A stretch of 64,000 nucleotides of DNA from Patescibacteria group bacterium (GTDB lineage Bacteria > Patescibacteriota > Saccharimonadia > CAILAD01 > JADZBC01). The stretch lies in the NCBI GenBank assembly GCA_052034495.1, contig JBPOIL010000003.1, positions 18,345 through 82,344 on the forward strand, in the 5' to 3' direction. The notes beneath the pieces were generated by a model that saw nothing but the letters and a program-made list of their open reading frames with translations, had not been told where the DNA came from and did no database searches. Below are positions 46,397-56,644 of this stretch, piece after piece (position 1 is the first letter of the stretch; each line of letters begins with the position of its first letter). The translations under genes and the position numbers were made by a program.

Positions 46397-49099
46397 ATGA
46401 GTTTTTCGCAAATAAAAAAGCGCAATGGTGCCGTAGTAGATTTTGATGCCACCAGGATAGAAGTTGCCATCGGTAAAGCGAGCCAAGCAGCCGGCGGCGA
46501 GGTACCAAGCGAAGACGTAGTTCTGCTCGTAGAGTCCGTGGTATCAAACCTAGAAACCATGTTTGCCGAAGGCACACCCGACGTTGAAGCCATCCAAGAC
46601 CTCGTAGAACAAGAACTTATGCGTAGTGGCCATTATCAAACCGCTAGAACGTACATTGTATACCGAGATACGCGCCAAGCTGCGCGCGAAGCTGCAGAGC
46701 GGGACAGCGCGAACCGTCTTGAACACAGCGAGCTACGCATTATTGGCAAGGATGGCAGCGAAGATACTTTTAGCTACGCTCGGCTTATAAAGGATCTACT
46801 AGTTGCCGCAGATGGCCTAGACAAGGACGTGGACGTCGATGAGCTAGCTCAAGCCGTTAAGACTAACCTCTATGACGGGATGAGCACCGCAGAGCTTGAG
46901 GATGCTATGATCATGGCCACAAAAGCCTACATAGAACGGGACAAGGCTTACTCACTACTGGCCTCTCGCTTACTCATGCGCAAACTGTACCGTGAAGTCC
47001 TAACTATAAAGACGGGGCAAGATCCGATTGAGCAATACCGCGCTCAATTCCCCGACTTTGTTAAGAATGCCGTGGCGACCAAGCGTCTAGACAAGAGAAT
47101 GCTTGATTTTGACATGGACAAGCTGACTGCAGCGCTCGACCTAGAACGCGACAACTTGCTTGATTACATGGGTTTGCACGTCCTGTACGGCAACTACTTT
47201 CTGCGAACTGCTGAGCGTAAAGACGTATTGGAGCTGCCACAGTACTTCTGGATGCGCGTGGCTATGGGGATGGCGATTTTGGAAAAGAAAGACAAGACCG
47301 ACTGGGCAATCAAATTCTACGATGTCCTCTCTAGCTTGCGCTATGTAACGTCTAGCCCTACCCTGTTCAACTCTGGCACGAACTTCTCCCAGCTAAGCTC
47401 GTGTTTTCTCAACACAGTCGAGGACGATTTAAAGCATATCTATAAGGTGTATCTGGATACCGCGTTGATGTCTAAGTTCTCCGGCGGGATTGCAACTGAC
47501 TGGACAAACATTCGTGCTACGGGGGCACAGATTAAGACTGTAGATGTAGCCAGCCAGGGCGTGGTGCCGTTCCTGAAGATCGCTAATGATTCTACTGTGG
47601 CTATTGCTCGTAGTGGACGCCGCATTGGGGCTACTGCAGTCTACTTGGAATCATGGCATTTGGATATCGAGGACTTCCTAGAATTGCGAAAGAACACTGG
47701 TGACGAACGCCGCAGAACCCACGACATAAACACTGCCAATTGGATCCCTGACTTGTTTATGAAACGAGTAGAAAGCGATGGCGAATGGACTCTCTTCTCG
47801 CCTGACGAAACTCCGGACTTGCACGACCTCTACGGCAAAGCATTCGAAAAGCGCTATATTCAGTACGAAAAGATGGCGGACAAGGGCGAAGTAAAACTCT
47901 TTAAACGCGTACCGGCGGGGAGTCTGTGGCGTAAAATGCTCTCAATGCTCTTTGAAACTGGCCACCCTTGGATTACGTTCAAAGATCCAAGTAACTTGCG
48001 ATCACCGCAGGACCATGTGGGTGTGGTCCATAATTCAAACCTTTGCACGGAGATCACCTTAAATAACTCCAGAGATGAGACTGCCGTGTGCAACCTAGGC
48101 TCAGTCAACCTGGCGCGGCACATGAAGGGCGGCAAGCTGGACGGAGAATTGATCAAAGAAACCGTAGCGAGCGCCGTGAGAATGCTCGATAACGTAATCG
48201 ACATTTGCTACTACGTAACCAAGGAGACAGAGCGCGCCAATATGAACCACCGTCCAGTTGGACTGGGTATCATGGGGCATCAAGACGCCCTCTATATGCA
48301 GGATATAGACTTTGCCTCAGACGCTGCAGTGGAGTTCGCCGATGAAAGCATGGAGCTTATTTCCTACTACGCCATCCTGGCTTCGAGCGAGCTGGCCAAG
48401 GAACGCGGAGCTTACAAGACCTTCAAGGGCTCAAAATGGGATCGTAACATCTTCCCTGTTGACACTCTGGACATCCTTGAGCGAGAGCGCGGAATTAAAC
48501 TTGATATACCCCGCAAAGGCAAATTGGACTGGAAGCCAGTACGTGATGCGGTAAAGAAGCATGGCATGCGCAATTCGAACGTCATGGCCATAGCCCCAAC
48601 TGCTTCTATTGCCAACGTAGCTGGCTGCACGCCATGCATCGAGCCAATCTACAAGAACCTCTATGCAAAGTCGAACATGAGCGGCGACTTCACAGTACTA
48701 AACGGTTATTTGATCGACGATCTGAAGAAGCTCGGCCTGTGGGACCAGACTATGCTCAACAAGATTAAATACTATGACGGTAGTATCCAGCAGATCGAAG
48801 AAATCCCAGCCACTATCCGTGCAAAGTATAAAGAGGTTTTTGAAATCGAACCCGAGTGGCTCATTAAGGCCGCCGCGTACCGAGGCAAATGGATAGATCA
48901 GAGCCAGTCGCTCAACATCTATATGAGAGGTGTATCGGGCAAGAAGCTTTCGGACGCCTATGTATATGCTTGGCGTATGGGTCTTAAGACCACCTACTAC
49001 TTGCGAACTCTTGCAGCATCTCAGGTGGAAAAATCTACCGTTAACACGACCGAGTTCGGCGCGACTCATAAACGTGATTTTGCAGAAAAAACAAACTAA
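46397..49099 (+). CDS. nrdA: Class I ribonucleotide reductase alpha subunit, two ATP cones
   Basis: SPTLFNSG, SSCF, NLCTEI, AVCNLGS, IAPTAS, KTTYYLR. Confidence 0.96.
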   Translation: MSFSQIKKRNGAVVDFDATRIEVAIGKASQAAGGEVPSEDVVLLVESVVSNLETMFAEGTPDVEAIQDLVEQELMRSGHYQTARTYIVYRDTRQAAREAAERDSANRLEHSELRIIGKDGSEDTFSYARLIKDLLVAADGLDKDVDVDELAQAVKTNLYDGMSTAELEDAMIMATKAYIERDKAYSLLASRLLMRKLYREVLTIKTGQDPIEQYRAQFPDFVKNAVATKRLDKRMLDFDMDKLTAALDLERDNLLDYMGLHVLYGNYFLRTAERKDVLELPQYFWMRVAMGMAILEKKDKTDWAIKFYDVLSSLRYVTSSPTLFNSGTNFSQLSSCFLNTVEDDLKHIYKVYLDTALMSKFSGGIATDWTNIRATGAQIKTVDVASQGVVPFLKIANDSTVAIARSGRRIGATAVYLESWHLDIEDFLELRKNTGDERRRTHDINTANWIPDLFMKRVESDGEWTLFSPDETPDLHDLYGKAFEKRYIQYEKMADKGEVKLFKRVPAGSLWRKMLSMLFETGHPWITFKDPSNLRSPQDHVGVVHNSNLCTEITLNNSRDETAVCNLGSVNLARHMKGGKLDGELIKETVASAVRMLDNVIDICYYVTKETERANMNHRPVGLGIMGHQDALYMQDIDFASDAAVEFADESMELISYYAILASSELAKERGAYKTFKGSKWDRNIFPVDTLDILERERGIKLDIPRKGKLDWKPVRDAVKKHGMRNSNVMAIAPTASIANVAGCTPCIEPIYKNLYAKSNMSGDFTVLNGYLIDDLKKLGLWDQTMLNKIKYYDGSIQQIEEIPATIRAKYKEVFEIEPEWLIKAAAYRGKWIDQSQSLNIYMRGVSGKKLSDAYVYAWRMGLKTTYYLRTLAASQVEKSTVNTTEFGATHKRDFAEKTN

Positions 49100-49111
49100 G
49101 GAGACCCAGCC

Positions 49112-50146
49112 ATGCCTATAACGCAGACCAAAGAACGAATTGACATCAATAAACGCCGTATCATTAACGGAGCCGACGCAGATGTAATGCAGCTACATCC
49201 CATGAAGCACACCTTTGCCTGGGACGCCTACAATGCCGGCAATGCCAACCATTGGTTGCCGACCGAGATCGCGATGCAAGACGACATAGAGCTCTGGAAA
49301 TCCACTCGGCTTAGTGAGGATGAACGGAGGGCGCTTAAGACAGTGCTGGGATTCTTTACCACGGCGGATTCGATTGCTGCAAACAACATCGTGCTCGCAC
49401 TGTACAAGCACATTACCTCGCCCGAGTGCCGCATGTATTTGCTGCGCCAAGCGTACGAAGAGGCGATCCATACGCATGCCTATCAGTATATTGTAGAAAG
49501 TCTTGGTCTAGATGGTGCGGAAATATTCAATATGTACCGAGAGAACGCCGCTATATACAGTAAGGCTTCCTTCATACTCAGTTTTAATGAGGGTATATTT
49601 GACGACGGATTCAAGACTGGGACTTTTGAGGCAGATCAGAAGTTTCTCGAAAACTTGTGCGTGTTTTCGCTGATTCTGGAGGGTATATTCTTCTACAGTT
49701 CGTTTGCTGTCATGTTCGGATTCCAGCGCCAGAATAAGATGACAGGTTCAGCCGAGCAAATACAGTACATCATGCGTGACGAATCGCAGCATCTCAACTT
49801 CGGTATTAACATGATAAACACCATTAAAGAAGAGCAGCCCGAGCTCTGGACGCCAGAGTTTGCAGAACACATCACAAAGCTTGTGCGAGATGCTGCTAAG
49901 CTAGAGTACACATACGCCGCAGAGGTCTTTCCTCACGGGATATTCGGTATGAATGCTGCTGGGTTTAAGCAGTACATTGAGCACATTGCAGACAGGCGAC
50001 TACAGACTGTCGGTCTGGCCCCTCAATTCAATGTAAAGAATCCTTTCCCGTGGATGAGCGAGGCAGTCGATCTAACGAAGGAAAAGAACTTCTTCGAAAC
50101 CCGCGTGACCGAGTACCAGACTGGCGGCGCGCTCAGCTGGGATTAA
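49112..50146 (+). CDS. nrdB: Class Ia ribonucleotide reductase beta subunit
   Basis: TADS, EEAIHTHAY (radical Tyr kept), EGIFFY, RDESQH, NFFETRVTEY. Confidence 0.96.
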   Translation: MPITQTKERIDINKRRIINGADADVMQLHPMKHTFAWDAYNAGNANHWLPTEIAMQDDIELWKSTRLSEDERRALKTVLGFFTTADSIAANNIVLALYKHITSPECRMYLLRQAYEEAIHTHAYQYIVESLGLDGAEIFNMYRENAAIYSKASFILSFNEGIFDDGFKTGTFEADQKFLENLCVFSLILEGIFFYSSFAVMFGFQRQNKMTGSAEQIQYIMRDESQHLNFGINMINTIKEEQPELWTPEFAEHITKLVRDAAKLEYTYAAEVFPHGIFGMNAAGFKQYIEHIADRRLQTVGLAPQFNVKNPFPWMSEAVDLTKEKNFFETRVTEYQTGGALSWD

Positions 50147-50206
50147 GCCCTACTTGGCAGCCGCTCGAAACCGTATTGTGCTAGAATAGTGCTAAAGGTT
50201 ACCCCT

Positions 50207-51400
50207 ATGCCAAAAGACCCAAAGAGAAAAATAGATACCCCTAAAGACTCCTTGCAGGCAGGCAAAAAGCCAGTCGTCGTCGTCGGGCCGAAAGCGCCAA
50301 AAGCAGACATCGTCATCGACGAAGCGGAGTCGAAGAGTAAGCAGAAGTTCCTTACTAAGCGCAAGGTAGTAATTGCACTTGGAATTCTTGTCGCACTACT
50401 TGTCGTGGCAGCTACTGCCTGGGCTTTGCTCTCTCGCCCCGAAGCACCCACTAAACAGAGGGCGGTTAGCAAAACACTAAGGACGCCTCCGAAACCAAAA
50501 ACTGCGCCAAGTCCTCTGACTGGAGTCGAAGTGCCGCCTGAGCTTGCTGATAATCCAGTAGTTTCGGTGGTAATCGAAAACCTCTATCCAAGCGCAAGAC
50601 CTCAGTCTGGGCTTTCGTCTGCGGGGATCGTTTATGAAGCACTCGCCGAAGGGGGCATAACCAGGTACCAAGCATTCTTTGGCGATACTATGCCGCTAGA
50701 TGTAGGCCCTGTGCGTAGTTTGCGTACATTCTTTGTGCGCTGGGGCCTTGAGTATGACGCCCCCGTGGTGCACGCGGGCGGGAACATCGATGCACTCGAC
50801 TTGATTAGGCCGCTCGGCATGAAGGATCTAGATCAGTTTGCAAATGGTGGCTACTTTCGTCGTATACCTACGCGCTATGCACCACACAACCTATACACAA
50901 CTGGCGCACAGCTTGAAAAGCTTATGCAGGCTAGAAGTTATTATTCCGAGCCTACATTTGCACCGTGGCTACGTAAGGGTGACAAAAAGGTTGCGGCACC
51001 AACGGCATCGAGCATTACAATTGATCCCTCGTATCCAGATTATAGAGTAACCTATTCGTATGACCCGGCAAGCAATAGCTACACTCGCTCCATACGAGGA
51101 GTGGCAGACATTGATGCTAGTGGCAATGTGCAGATAAAGCCCAAGAATGTTGTAGTCCTGAAGGCAGCCACTACTTATGGGACTACGAGAGCAAATACTC
51201 AGGCAGTATATACCCAGACGGTCGGCAGCGGCTCGGGAGTGATATTTATGGATGGCCAGGCTACCGAAATAACTTGGCGCAAGCCGAGTGACAAAGCTCG
51301 TACCCAATTCTATGATGCCGCTGGCAAAGAAGTTGCCCTAAATCGTGGCCAAACTTGGGTCACGGTTATTCCTCTGGAGAAAAGTGTAAGTTATAAGTAG
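50207..51400 (+). CDS. DUF3048 domain membrane-anchored protein
   Basis: SPLTG, ARPQSGL, AEGGITR, GPVRS, APHNLY. Confidence 0.88.
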   Translation: MPKDPKRKIDTPKDSLQAGKKPVVVVGPKAPKADIVIDEAESKSKQKFLTKRKVVIALGILVALLVVAATAWALLSRPEAPTKQRAVSKTLRTPPKPKTAPSPLTGVEVPPELADNPVVSVVIENLYPSARPQSGLSSAGIVYEALAEGGITRYQAFFGDTMPLDVGPVRSLRTFFVRWGLEYDAPVVHAGGNIDALDLIRPLGMKDLDQFANGGYFRRIPTRYAPHNLYTTGAQLEKLMQARSYYSEPTFAPWLRKGDKKVAAPTASSITIDPSYPDYRVTYSYDPASNSYTRSIRGVADIDASGNVQIKPKNVVVLKAATTYGTTRANTQAVYTQTVGSGSGVIFMDGQATEITWRKPSDKARTQFYDAAGKEVALNRGQTWVTVIPLEKSVSYK

Positions 51401-51403
51401 TCA

Positions 51404-52861
51404 CTAGCCTAAAGCAGAGATCGCGCTATCAATTCTAGTCTTTGACTCCTCTACCCCCAAGGTAGCGATGGTCTCAAAGAGGCCCGGCGCTGCGGTTCTA
51501 CCCGTTACGGCTACGCGAATGGCATAAAAAAACTTTCCTGTATGAATTTCTTTACTATCTACCACCTGGCGCAGGGCGCGCTCTAGCTGGTCGACTGAGC
51601 CATCAGTATCGTCAATGGCCGTCTTTGCATACCCGAGCCACCCCCCAACTTCACCGGTGTCGGCTTTTGCGGTCAGGAGGCTTAACCGCTCGCTATCCCA
51701 AGTTGGAGCAACGAAGAAGAATTCCACTATCTCTACAACATCGGCAAAGGTTTTAATCCTCTCTCGGTCTAGAAGAAGGACCTTGGAGATATAGGAATCA
51801 TCACGATTGACGCTATAGTCTGCTTTGGACAAGAATGCTTTGGCATGGCTTAGATAGTCTTGCTCACTGAGCACAGTGCGAATGTATTCCCCATTCATCC
51901 ATGTAAGCCTCTCGGCATCAAACACGGCTGGGCTTTTTTGAATTCGCTCAAGAGAGAAGGCATCGATCAGCTCTGCTTGAGTATAGACCTCTTTAGTGCT
52001 ACCTTCACCTTGATTCCAGCCGAGCATTGCCAAGAAGTTCACCACAGCTCCCGGAACGTAACCTTCATCGCGCAGCTCCAATGCCGACTTGGCACCGTGG
52101 CGCTTGCTTAGCTTTTTGCCACCACCTGGAGGAACCACCGCGGGCAGGTGAGCAAACTCAGGGTGCTCCCAGCCAAAAGCCTGGTAGAGCAGCACGTGCT
52201 TTGGCGTACTGGGAATCCATTCGTCTGCTCGCAGAACATGTGAAATCTCCATAAGGCGATCGTCTACCACGCTTGCAAACTGGTAGGTAGGGAATCCATC
52301 TGATTTAATTGCCACATAGTCATCGATATCATTTGAGTTGAATTCAAGCCTACCGCGGACCGCATCGTCCCAGGAGACCTTCTCGTCAGTCGGCACCTTG
52401 AATCTCAAAACGTGCGGGGCATTCGGATCCCCAGGGCTACCTAGACAGTGTCGGTCGTATTTAAAAGCAGCTTTCTGTTTTTGGGCCTGTTCGCGGAGCC
52501 CGGCTAACCGTTCAGCACTACACCAGCAGGGATAAAGATGGCCAGAGGCAACCAATTTGTCCGCATACTCCTTATAAATATCGAGTCGTTCAGATTGCGT
52601 ATACGGGCCATAGCCCTTGTCTGTGCCGCCTACTCCTTCATCTGGCGAGATGCCGAGCCATGAGAGAGAGGCTAGCAGATGGTCCTCGGCTTCGGGGACA
52701 AATCGCTCCCTATCGGTATCTTCGAGCCGCAGTATAAAATCGCCACCGTGCTTTTTTGCGTATAGGTAGTTAAATAGTGCCGAGCGTATACCGCCAATGT
52801 GTAAAAGGCCCGTGGGGCTTGGCGCAAATCTCGTTCTTACTTTCGGCGTCTGGATACTCAT
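51404..52861 (-). CDS. gltX: Glutamate--tRNA ligase
   Basis: RFAPSPTG, HIGG, LRLEDTD, KLSKR. Confidence 0.97.
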   Translation of the reverse strand: MSIQTPKVRTRFAPSPTGLLHIGGIRSALFNYLYAKKHGGDFILRLEDTDRERFVPEAEDHLLASLSWLGISPDEGVGGTDKGYGPYTQSERLDIYKEYADKLVASGHLYPCWCSAERLAGLREQAQKQKAAFKYDRHCLGSPGDPNAPHVLRFKVPTDEKVSWDDAVRGRLEFNSNDIDDYVAIKSDGFPTYQFASVVDDRLMEISHVLRADEWIPSTPKHVLLYQAFGWEHPEFAHLPAVVPPGGGKKLSKRHGAKSALELRDEGYVPGAVVNFLAMLGWNQGEGSTKEVYTQAELIDAFSLERIQKSPAVFDAERLTWMNGEYIRTVLSEQDYLSHAKAFLSKADYSVNRDDSYISKVLLLDRERIKTFADVVEIVEFFFVAPTWDSERLSLLTAKADTGEVGGWLGYAKTAIDDTDGSVDQLERALRQVVDSKEIHTGKFFYAIRVAVTGRTAAPGLFETIATLGVEESKTRIDSAISALG

Positions 52862-52894
52862 GGTTATAAGTATAGCGAGATAAGGCCGCGCGGG

Positions 52895-53227
52895 CTAGTG
52901 CAAGAGATCTTCGGGCGATACTTCGACGGGGGTTTCCCCGTCCATGCGGTAGAAAATTACCTTGTGAGTAAGCTCGCTGGCATCATAGAGCACATGCGAA
53001 CTGGTTGCAACTCCAGTTTTGTTATAGGTAGTCTTCTTATCCACAATTGCTGGCGAGCTAATTCGCTCGATGCGGTAAGGCTGCCCACCACGCACAAAGT
53101 CTACGCGGTCGACTGTACTCCTGAGCTCGCGCTCCCCCTCAATTGCTTCCTCGAACTTGCGAGAGTGAGTAATGCCAAAATTAACGTCTATTCGATCAAT
53201 CAGGTCCTCCCAGGCTCGATCGCTCAT
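52895..53227 (-). CDS. Hypothetical protein
   Basis: 110-aa ORF overlapping upstream stop (ATGA). Confidence 0.7.
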   Translation of the reverse strand: MSDRAWEDLIDRIDVNFGITHSRKFEEAIEGERELRSTVDRVDFVRGGQPYRIERISSPAIVDKKTTYNKTGVATSSHVLYDASELTHKVIFYRMDGETPVEVSPEDLLH

Positions 53228-54576
53228 AGGCTCGTGGCTAGCTTGATGACCTGATCCTGGCTTAAGCCATGATCGCTACCCTCGATACGATACCACGTAC
53301 CATTGTTCACCCAGCTAGCCTGATTGCCGTCATATAGGTAGATGGTAAGCCCCTGGGCTTGAAGGGCGAGGTAATTGTCTGATTTTGGAGCTACGTAGTT
53401 TTCAGCCAAGGCCTGTGAATCCCAACTCGTCTTCGATTCACTAACCTGGACGGCCTTGTCGCTCTTGGTATTGGAGATGTTGTAGCTAATATTCCCAGGA
53501 GAAGACTGAATATTACCGCTAAGCTTCCACCCGCTCGGTATGTATCCGGGGAAATTAGCGCTAATACCGGCTTTACTGCCCGCTACCTTTAGTGCGAGGT
53601 TTGGATAATTAACCTGCCATACATAGCCGCCAAGCAAAAGAAGGCCAACGAGGCTGAGCGCCACGCTACTCGCCTTTAGGCCTTTACCCGATTGTGTGGC
53701 TGGAGCAGGAGCTGCCTGACTGGTGGCATCCATAACAGAGGCTACTGCGGGCTGTGCTGGCGCAGCCTGGGCTGGTGCTGGGCTAGGCAATGGCTGGGCA
53801 GTAGGAGTCTGGCTGGGTACCGCAGATGTAGCGGGCATAGAGACAGGAGCTGCGGTAGGTATAGCCGCTGCAACCGTGCTTGGTGGTACTGGGGCGGGAG
53901 CTTGGGCAACGGGGGCGGGTTGTGCCCCGGGGCGAATGTCGCTAACTGCCTTCGGTAGCTTTGCCGATGAGGTCTGTGTTAGGTCTAGCTTGTAACTTGA
54001 CTGTTTTGGTGCCGCGGGCTCATCTTCAGGAGGGACTGTGGGCATTACTAGGTCCGAAGATGTATTCGCTAGTGCGTCAAGCGTTTCGTCGCTCATTACG
54101 GATTCACCTACTTTATCGTTCAGGGATCCCATTTCACTGTTAGACTTGTCTTCAGGTAATTCTGCCGACGCACTCGTGTCTTCGGAGCTAAACTTGGCAA
54201 TGCTCGGGCTTGATTGAGTGGATAGTGCGCTGTCCAGCTGGTCGGCCTTTAAGCGAGTCTGTACGGTGTCTTGAGCTGCTGTCGACTCCGAGCCGACTGT
54301 AGTCTGCGCTAAGCCGGGCATTTTATCTGCCAATTGTGCACTTACTGTAGGCATTTGAACAGAAGATATGTCAGAGGTAGCATGTGGTGCCACAGAGAGG
54401 CTCGGCGCCGGCGTAGATGATTGCTGAACCGATGGGTCGGCCTGCGCTGCTGACTGGGGTGTTCCGCAGTTCGCACAGAATGTCTTTCCGGCAATACTAA
54501 TTGTGTCCTGCTCGCTGCAGTTTGTACAATTTTGCGTAGTATTTCCTGTCTGATTCACACTGTCACCCTCACCCAT
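53224..54576 (-). CDS. Membrane protein: N-terminal Zn ribbon, P/A/S-rich linker, TM, extracellular domain
   Basis: CTNC...CANC; low-complexity linker; VALSLVGLLLLGGYVW; PGYIPSGW. Confidence 0.75.
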   Translation of the reverse strand: MGEGDSVNQTGNTTQNCTNCSEQDTISIAGKTFCANCGTPQSAAQADPSVQQSSTPAPSLSVAPHATSDISSVQMPTVSAQLADKMPGLAQTTVGSESTAAQDTVQTRLKADQLDSALSTQSSPSIAKFSSEDTSASAELPEDKSNSEMGSLNDKVGESVMSDETLDALANTSSDLVMPTVPPEDEPAAPKQSSYKLDLTQTSSAKLPKAVSDIRPGAQPAPVAQAPAPVPPSTVAAAIPTAAPVSMPATSAVPSQTPTAQPLPSPAPAQAAPAQPAVASVMDATSQAAPAPATQSGKGLKASSVALSLVGLLLLGGYVWQVNYPNLALKVAGSKAGISANFPGYIPSGWKLSGNIQSSPGNISYNISNTKSDKAVQVSESKTSWDSQALAENYVAPKSDNYLALQAQGLTIYLYDGNQASWVNNGTWYRIEGSDHGLSQDQVIKLATSL

Positions 54577-54630
54577 CCATGGTTATCTTAAGGTCATTCT
54601 ACACGAGATAAGCATGAGCGTAAAGAGGAA

Positions 54631-55524
54631 TTAGCCGCTTTTGACACTCCAATTTTTTCTAGCCTGTCTATGTACGGCCAAAATAAAACGAGGAATTGCT
54701 GCTTGTCGAATAATTCTGCTAGGCTGGCGCACAAGTCGCCACAACCACTCGAGGCCAAAGCGCCTCACCCAGGCAGGTGCACGGCTTATGGAACCCCCCA
54801 TTTCCTGGTAATCAAAGCTCCCTCCTTCTCCAATCATGACTTTAGCAAGACCGACCTCTCGAAATGTATCCATAAAGATCTCCTGACGCGGGAAGCCCAT
54901 GCCCACACATAGTAGGTCGAGCTTTTTTACTTGGATTTCCGGAATGACCTTAGACAATACCTTATCATTCTGCCAGGCTGTAAAGTCCATAGTCTTGGCG
55001 GAATTACTGTATCCGCTCCACACTTCTACTAAATCTAAGTCTGGCCAGCGCTTCCTCAGCTCACCTGCAATCACTTGTGGCGGATTTGTGCCGCCAATTA
55101 CCCCCACGCTCCAGCCTTCCTCTTGAGCACGATCAAACAATCTAGCCGTGTGCGTTATGCCGGCAAATTTTTCGGGCAGAATCTGGTCGCGCCAAGTATC
55201 TTTCTGGATCCAGCCCATGAGGCTGCGGACCAACTTGGCGAGACTTGGCTTTGTAGCAGGCTTGCCATACAGATAACTTGCGGCCCATTGAAGGGACACC
55301 CCGTCGGCCGCTACAAGATCCATTGTGCCCAAAATTGTTCGAACTTTAGGGTCGGTGTTGGCTTTTGACGCAAACTCAACATAGGGCTTAATCATGCAGA
55401 AAGATCTGCTGCTCTGCCCGCCTGTTATCTGCCTGGCCAAAGTATCTAATGATTCATCAATCGTAACAGCATCAATCTTCAAGCCCAGTATGTCATAACG
55501 ATTGGTTTTGTCTTGAGACTTCAT
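54631..55524 (-). CDS. WecB/TagA/CpsF glycosyltransferase
   Basis: ADGVSL, VGMGFPRQE, GEGGSFD, RAPAWVRRFGLEWLWRL. Confidence 0.92.
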   Translation of the reverse strand: MKSQDKTNRYDILGLKIDAVTIDESLDTLARQITGGQSSRSFCMIKPYVEFASKANTDPKVRTILGTMDLVAADGVSLQWAASYLYGKPATKPSLAKLVRSLMGWIQKDTWRDQILPEKFAGITHTARLFDRAQEEGWSVGVIGGTNPPQVIAGELRKRWPDLDLVEVWSGYSNSAKTMDFTAWQNDKVLSKVIPEIQVKKLDLLCVGMGFPRQEIFMDTFREVGLAKVMIGEGGSFDYQEMGGSISRAPAWVRRFGLEWLWRLVRQPSRIIRQAAIPRFILAVHRQARKNWSVKSG

Positions 55525-55531
55525 GAATCCA

Positions 55532-56644
55532 TCACCCCATCACCTTGGCAACATAATCGGATAAATTCTTTGCAAACTCTTCTTTGGTAAACTTTTCAGC
55601 AACTTGCTGGACTGCCTTTTGCTGCCAAGAAGTGTTTTCTGCGCGTAGCACGGCGGCTTTAAGCTCGCTCATGGTAGGGCGATCAAAGATAATGCCAGAT
55701 ACGCCTTCCTGAACCGTTTCCATGAGGCCCCCACCCTTCAATGCGATCACTGGAGTCCCGAACGACATAGCCTCGACTGGAGTTATCCCAAAATCTTCGA
55801 TACTAGGAAAGATAAAGGCTTCTGCGCCAGCCATGAGCTCGTCGCGTCTCTGATCGTTAACACGCCCCTCGAAGACAATATTCTCCGCACCTTCAGCTAA
55901 TGCCACAAGCCTCTCCCGGTCCGGCCCATCTCCGGCTATTACGAGGTTCTTCCCGCTTGATTTGAAAGCGATTACGGCTAAATCGATATTCTTATACCTA
56001 CTGAGCACCGAAAGAACCAGGTAGTAAGGCTCCTCGCTGGGCAAATGATCTCGAGCTGGAGCGTCTACGGGCGGATAGAGCACTGGTGCTTCAACCCCAT
56101 AGAACTTCTTAATCCTCCTGGCGATGTAGCGGCTATTGCCGACAATCAAGTCAATATTACTCGCAGCATAATAGTCCCATAGGCGAAGCTGAGACGTCAT
56201 CTTGGTTATGAAGAACCTTTTTAGTGAGCCTAGCCATGAGTGCTTAATGTCTTTCGTATCGAGGTAGCCAGGCCAACTATCCCAAATCATTCGGGCCGGA
56301 GAATGACAATAAGACAGATGCTTAACCCCTTCCGGAATTCGCACGTTCTTTGACCAGGCAGTAGAGTTTGAAATCACCAAGTCGTAGCCAGCAAAATCAA
56401 ACGAAGCCACCGCTCGCCGCACAAGCGGCAGAAGGTATTGCGGGCGCTGCTTCAAGAAGCGTGGCATGTGCTGCAGGAATGACGTGCGGACCTTACGCAT
56501 GCCTAGGTATGGCCGGAACGTCTTACGATTGTAGGTAAGAGCAAAAAGATCGGCTTCGGGATACTGTTTCATAATCTCGAAGAGCACAAACTCCGCGCCA
56601 CCTACTTTTTGATTGAGCCAGTCATGCACAACTGCAACTCTCAT
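55532..56644 (-). CDS. GT4 glycosyltransferase
   Basis: VHDWL, GGAE, YCHSPAR, EDFGITPVEAM. Confidence 0.92.
   Translation of the reverse strand: MRVAVVHDWLNQKVGGAEFVLFEIMKQYPEADLFALTYNRKTFRPYLGMRKVRTSFLQHMPRFLKQRPQYLLPLVRRAVASFDFAGYDLVISNSTAWSKNVRIPEGVKHLSYCHSPARMIWDSWPGYLDTKDIKHSWLGSLKRFFITKMTSQLRLWDYYAASNIDLIVGNSRYIARRIKKFYGVEAPVLYPPVDAPARDHLPSEEPYYLVLSVLSRYKNIDLAVIAFKSSGKNLVIAGDGPDRERLVALAEGAENIVFEGRVNDQRRDELMAGAEAFIFPSIEDFGITPVEAMSFGTPVIALKGGGLMETVQEGVSGIIFDRPTMSELKAAVLRAENTSWQQKAVQQVAEKFTKEEFAKNLSDYVAKVMG

Noticed and set aside
49112-50146. Class Ic (Mn/Fe) RNR
   Set aside because: Radical Tyr (HTHAY) and first-ligand Asp (TADS) are retained
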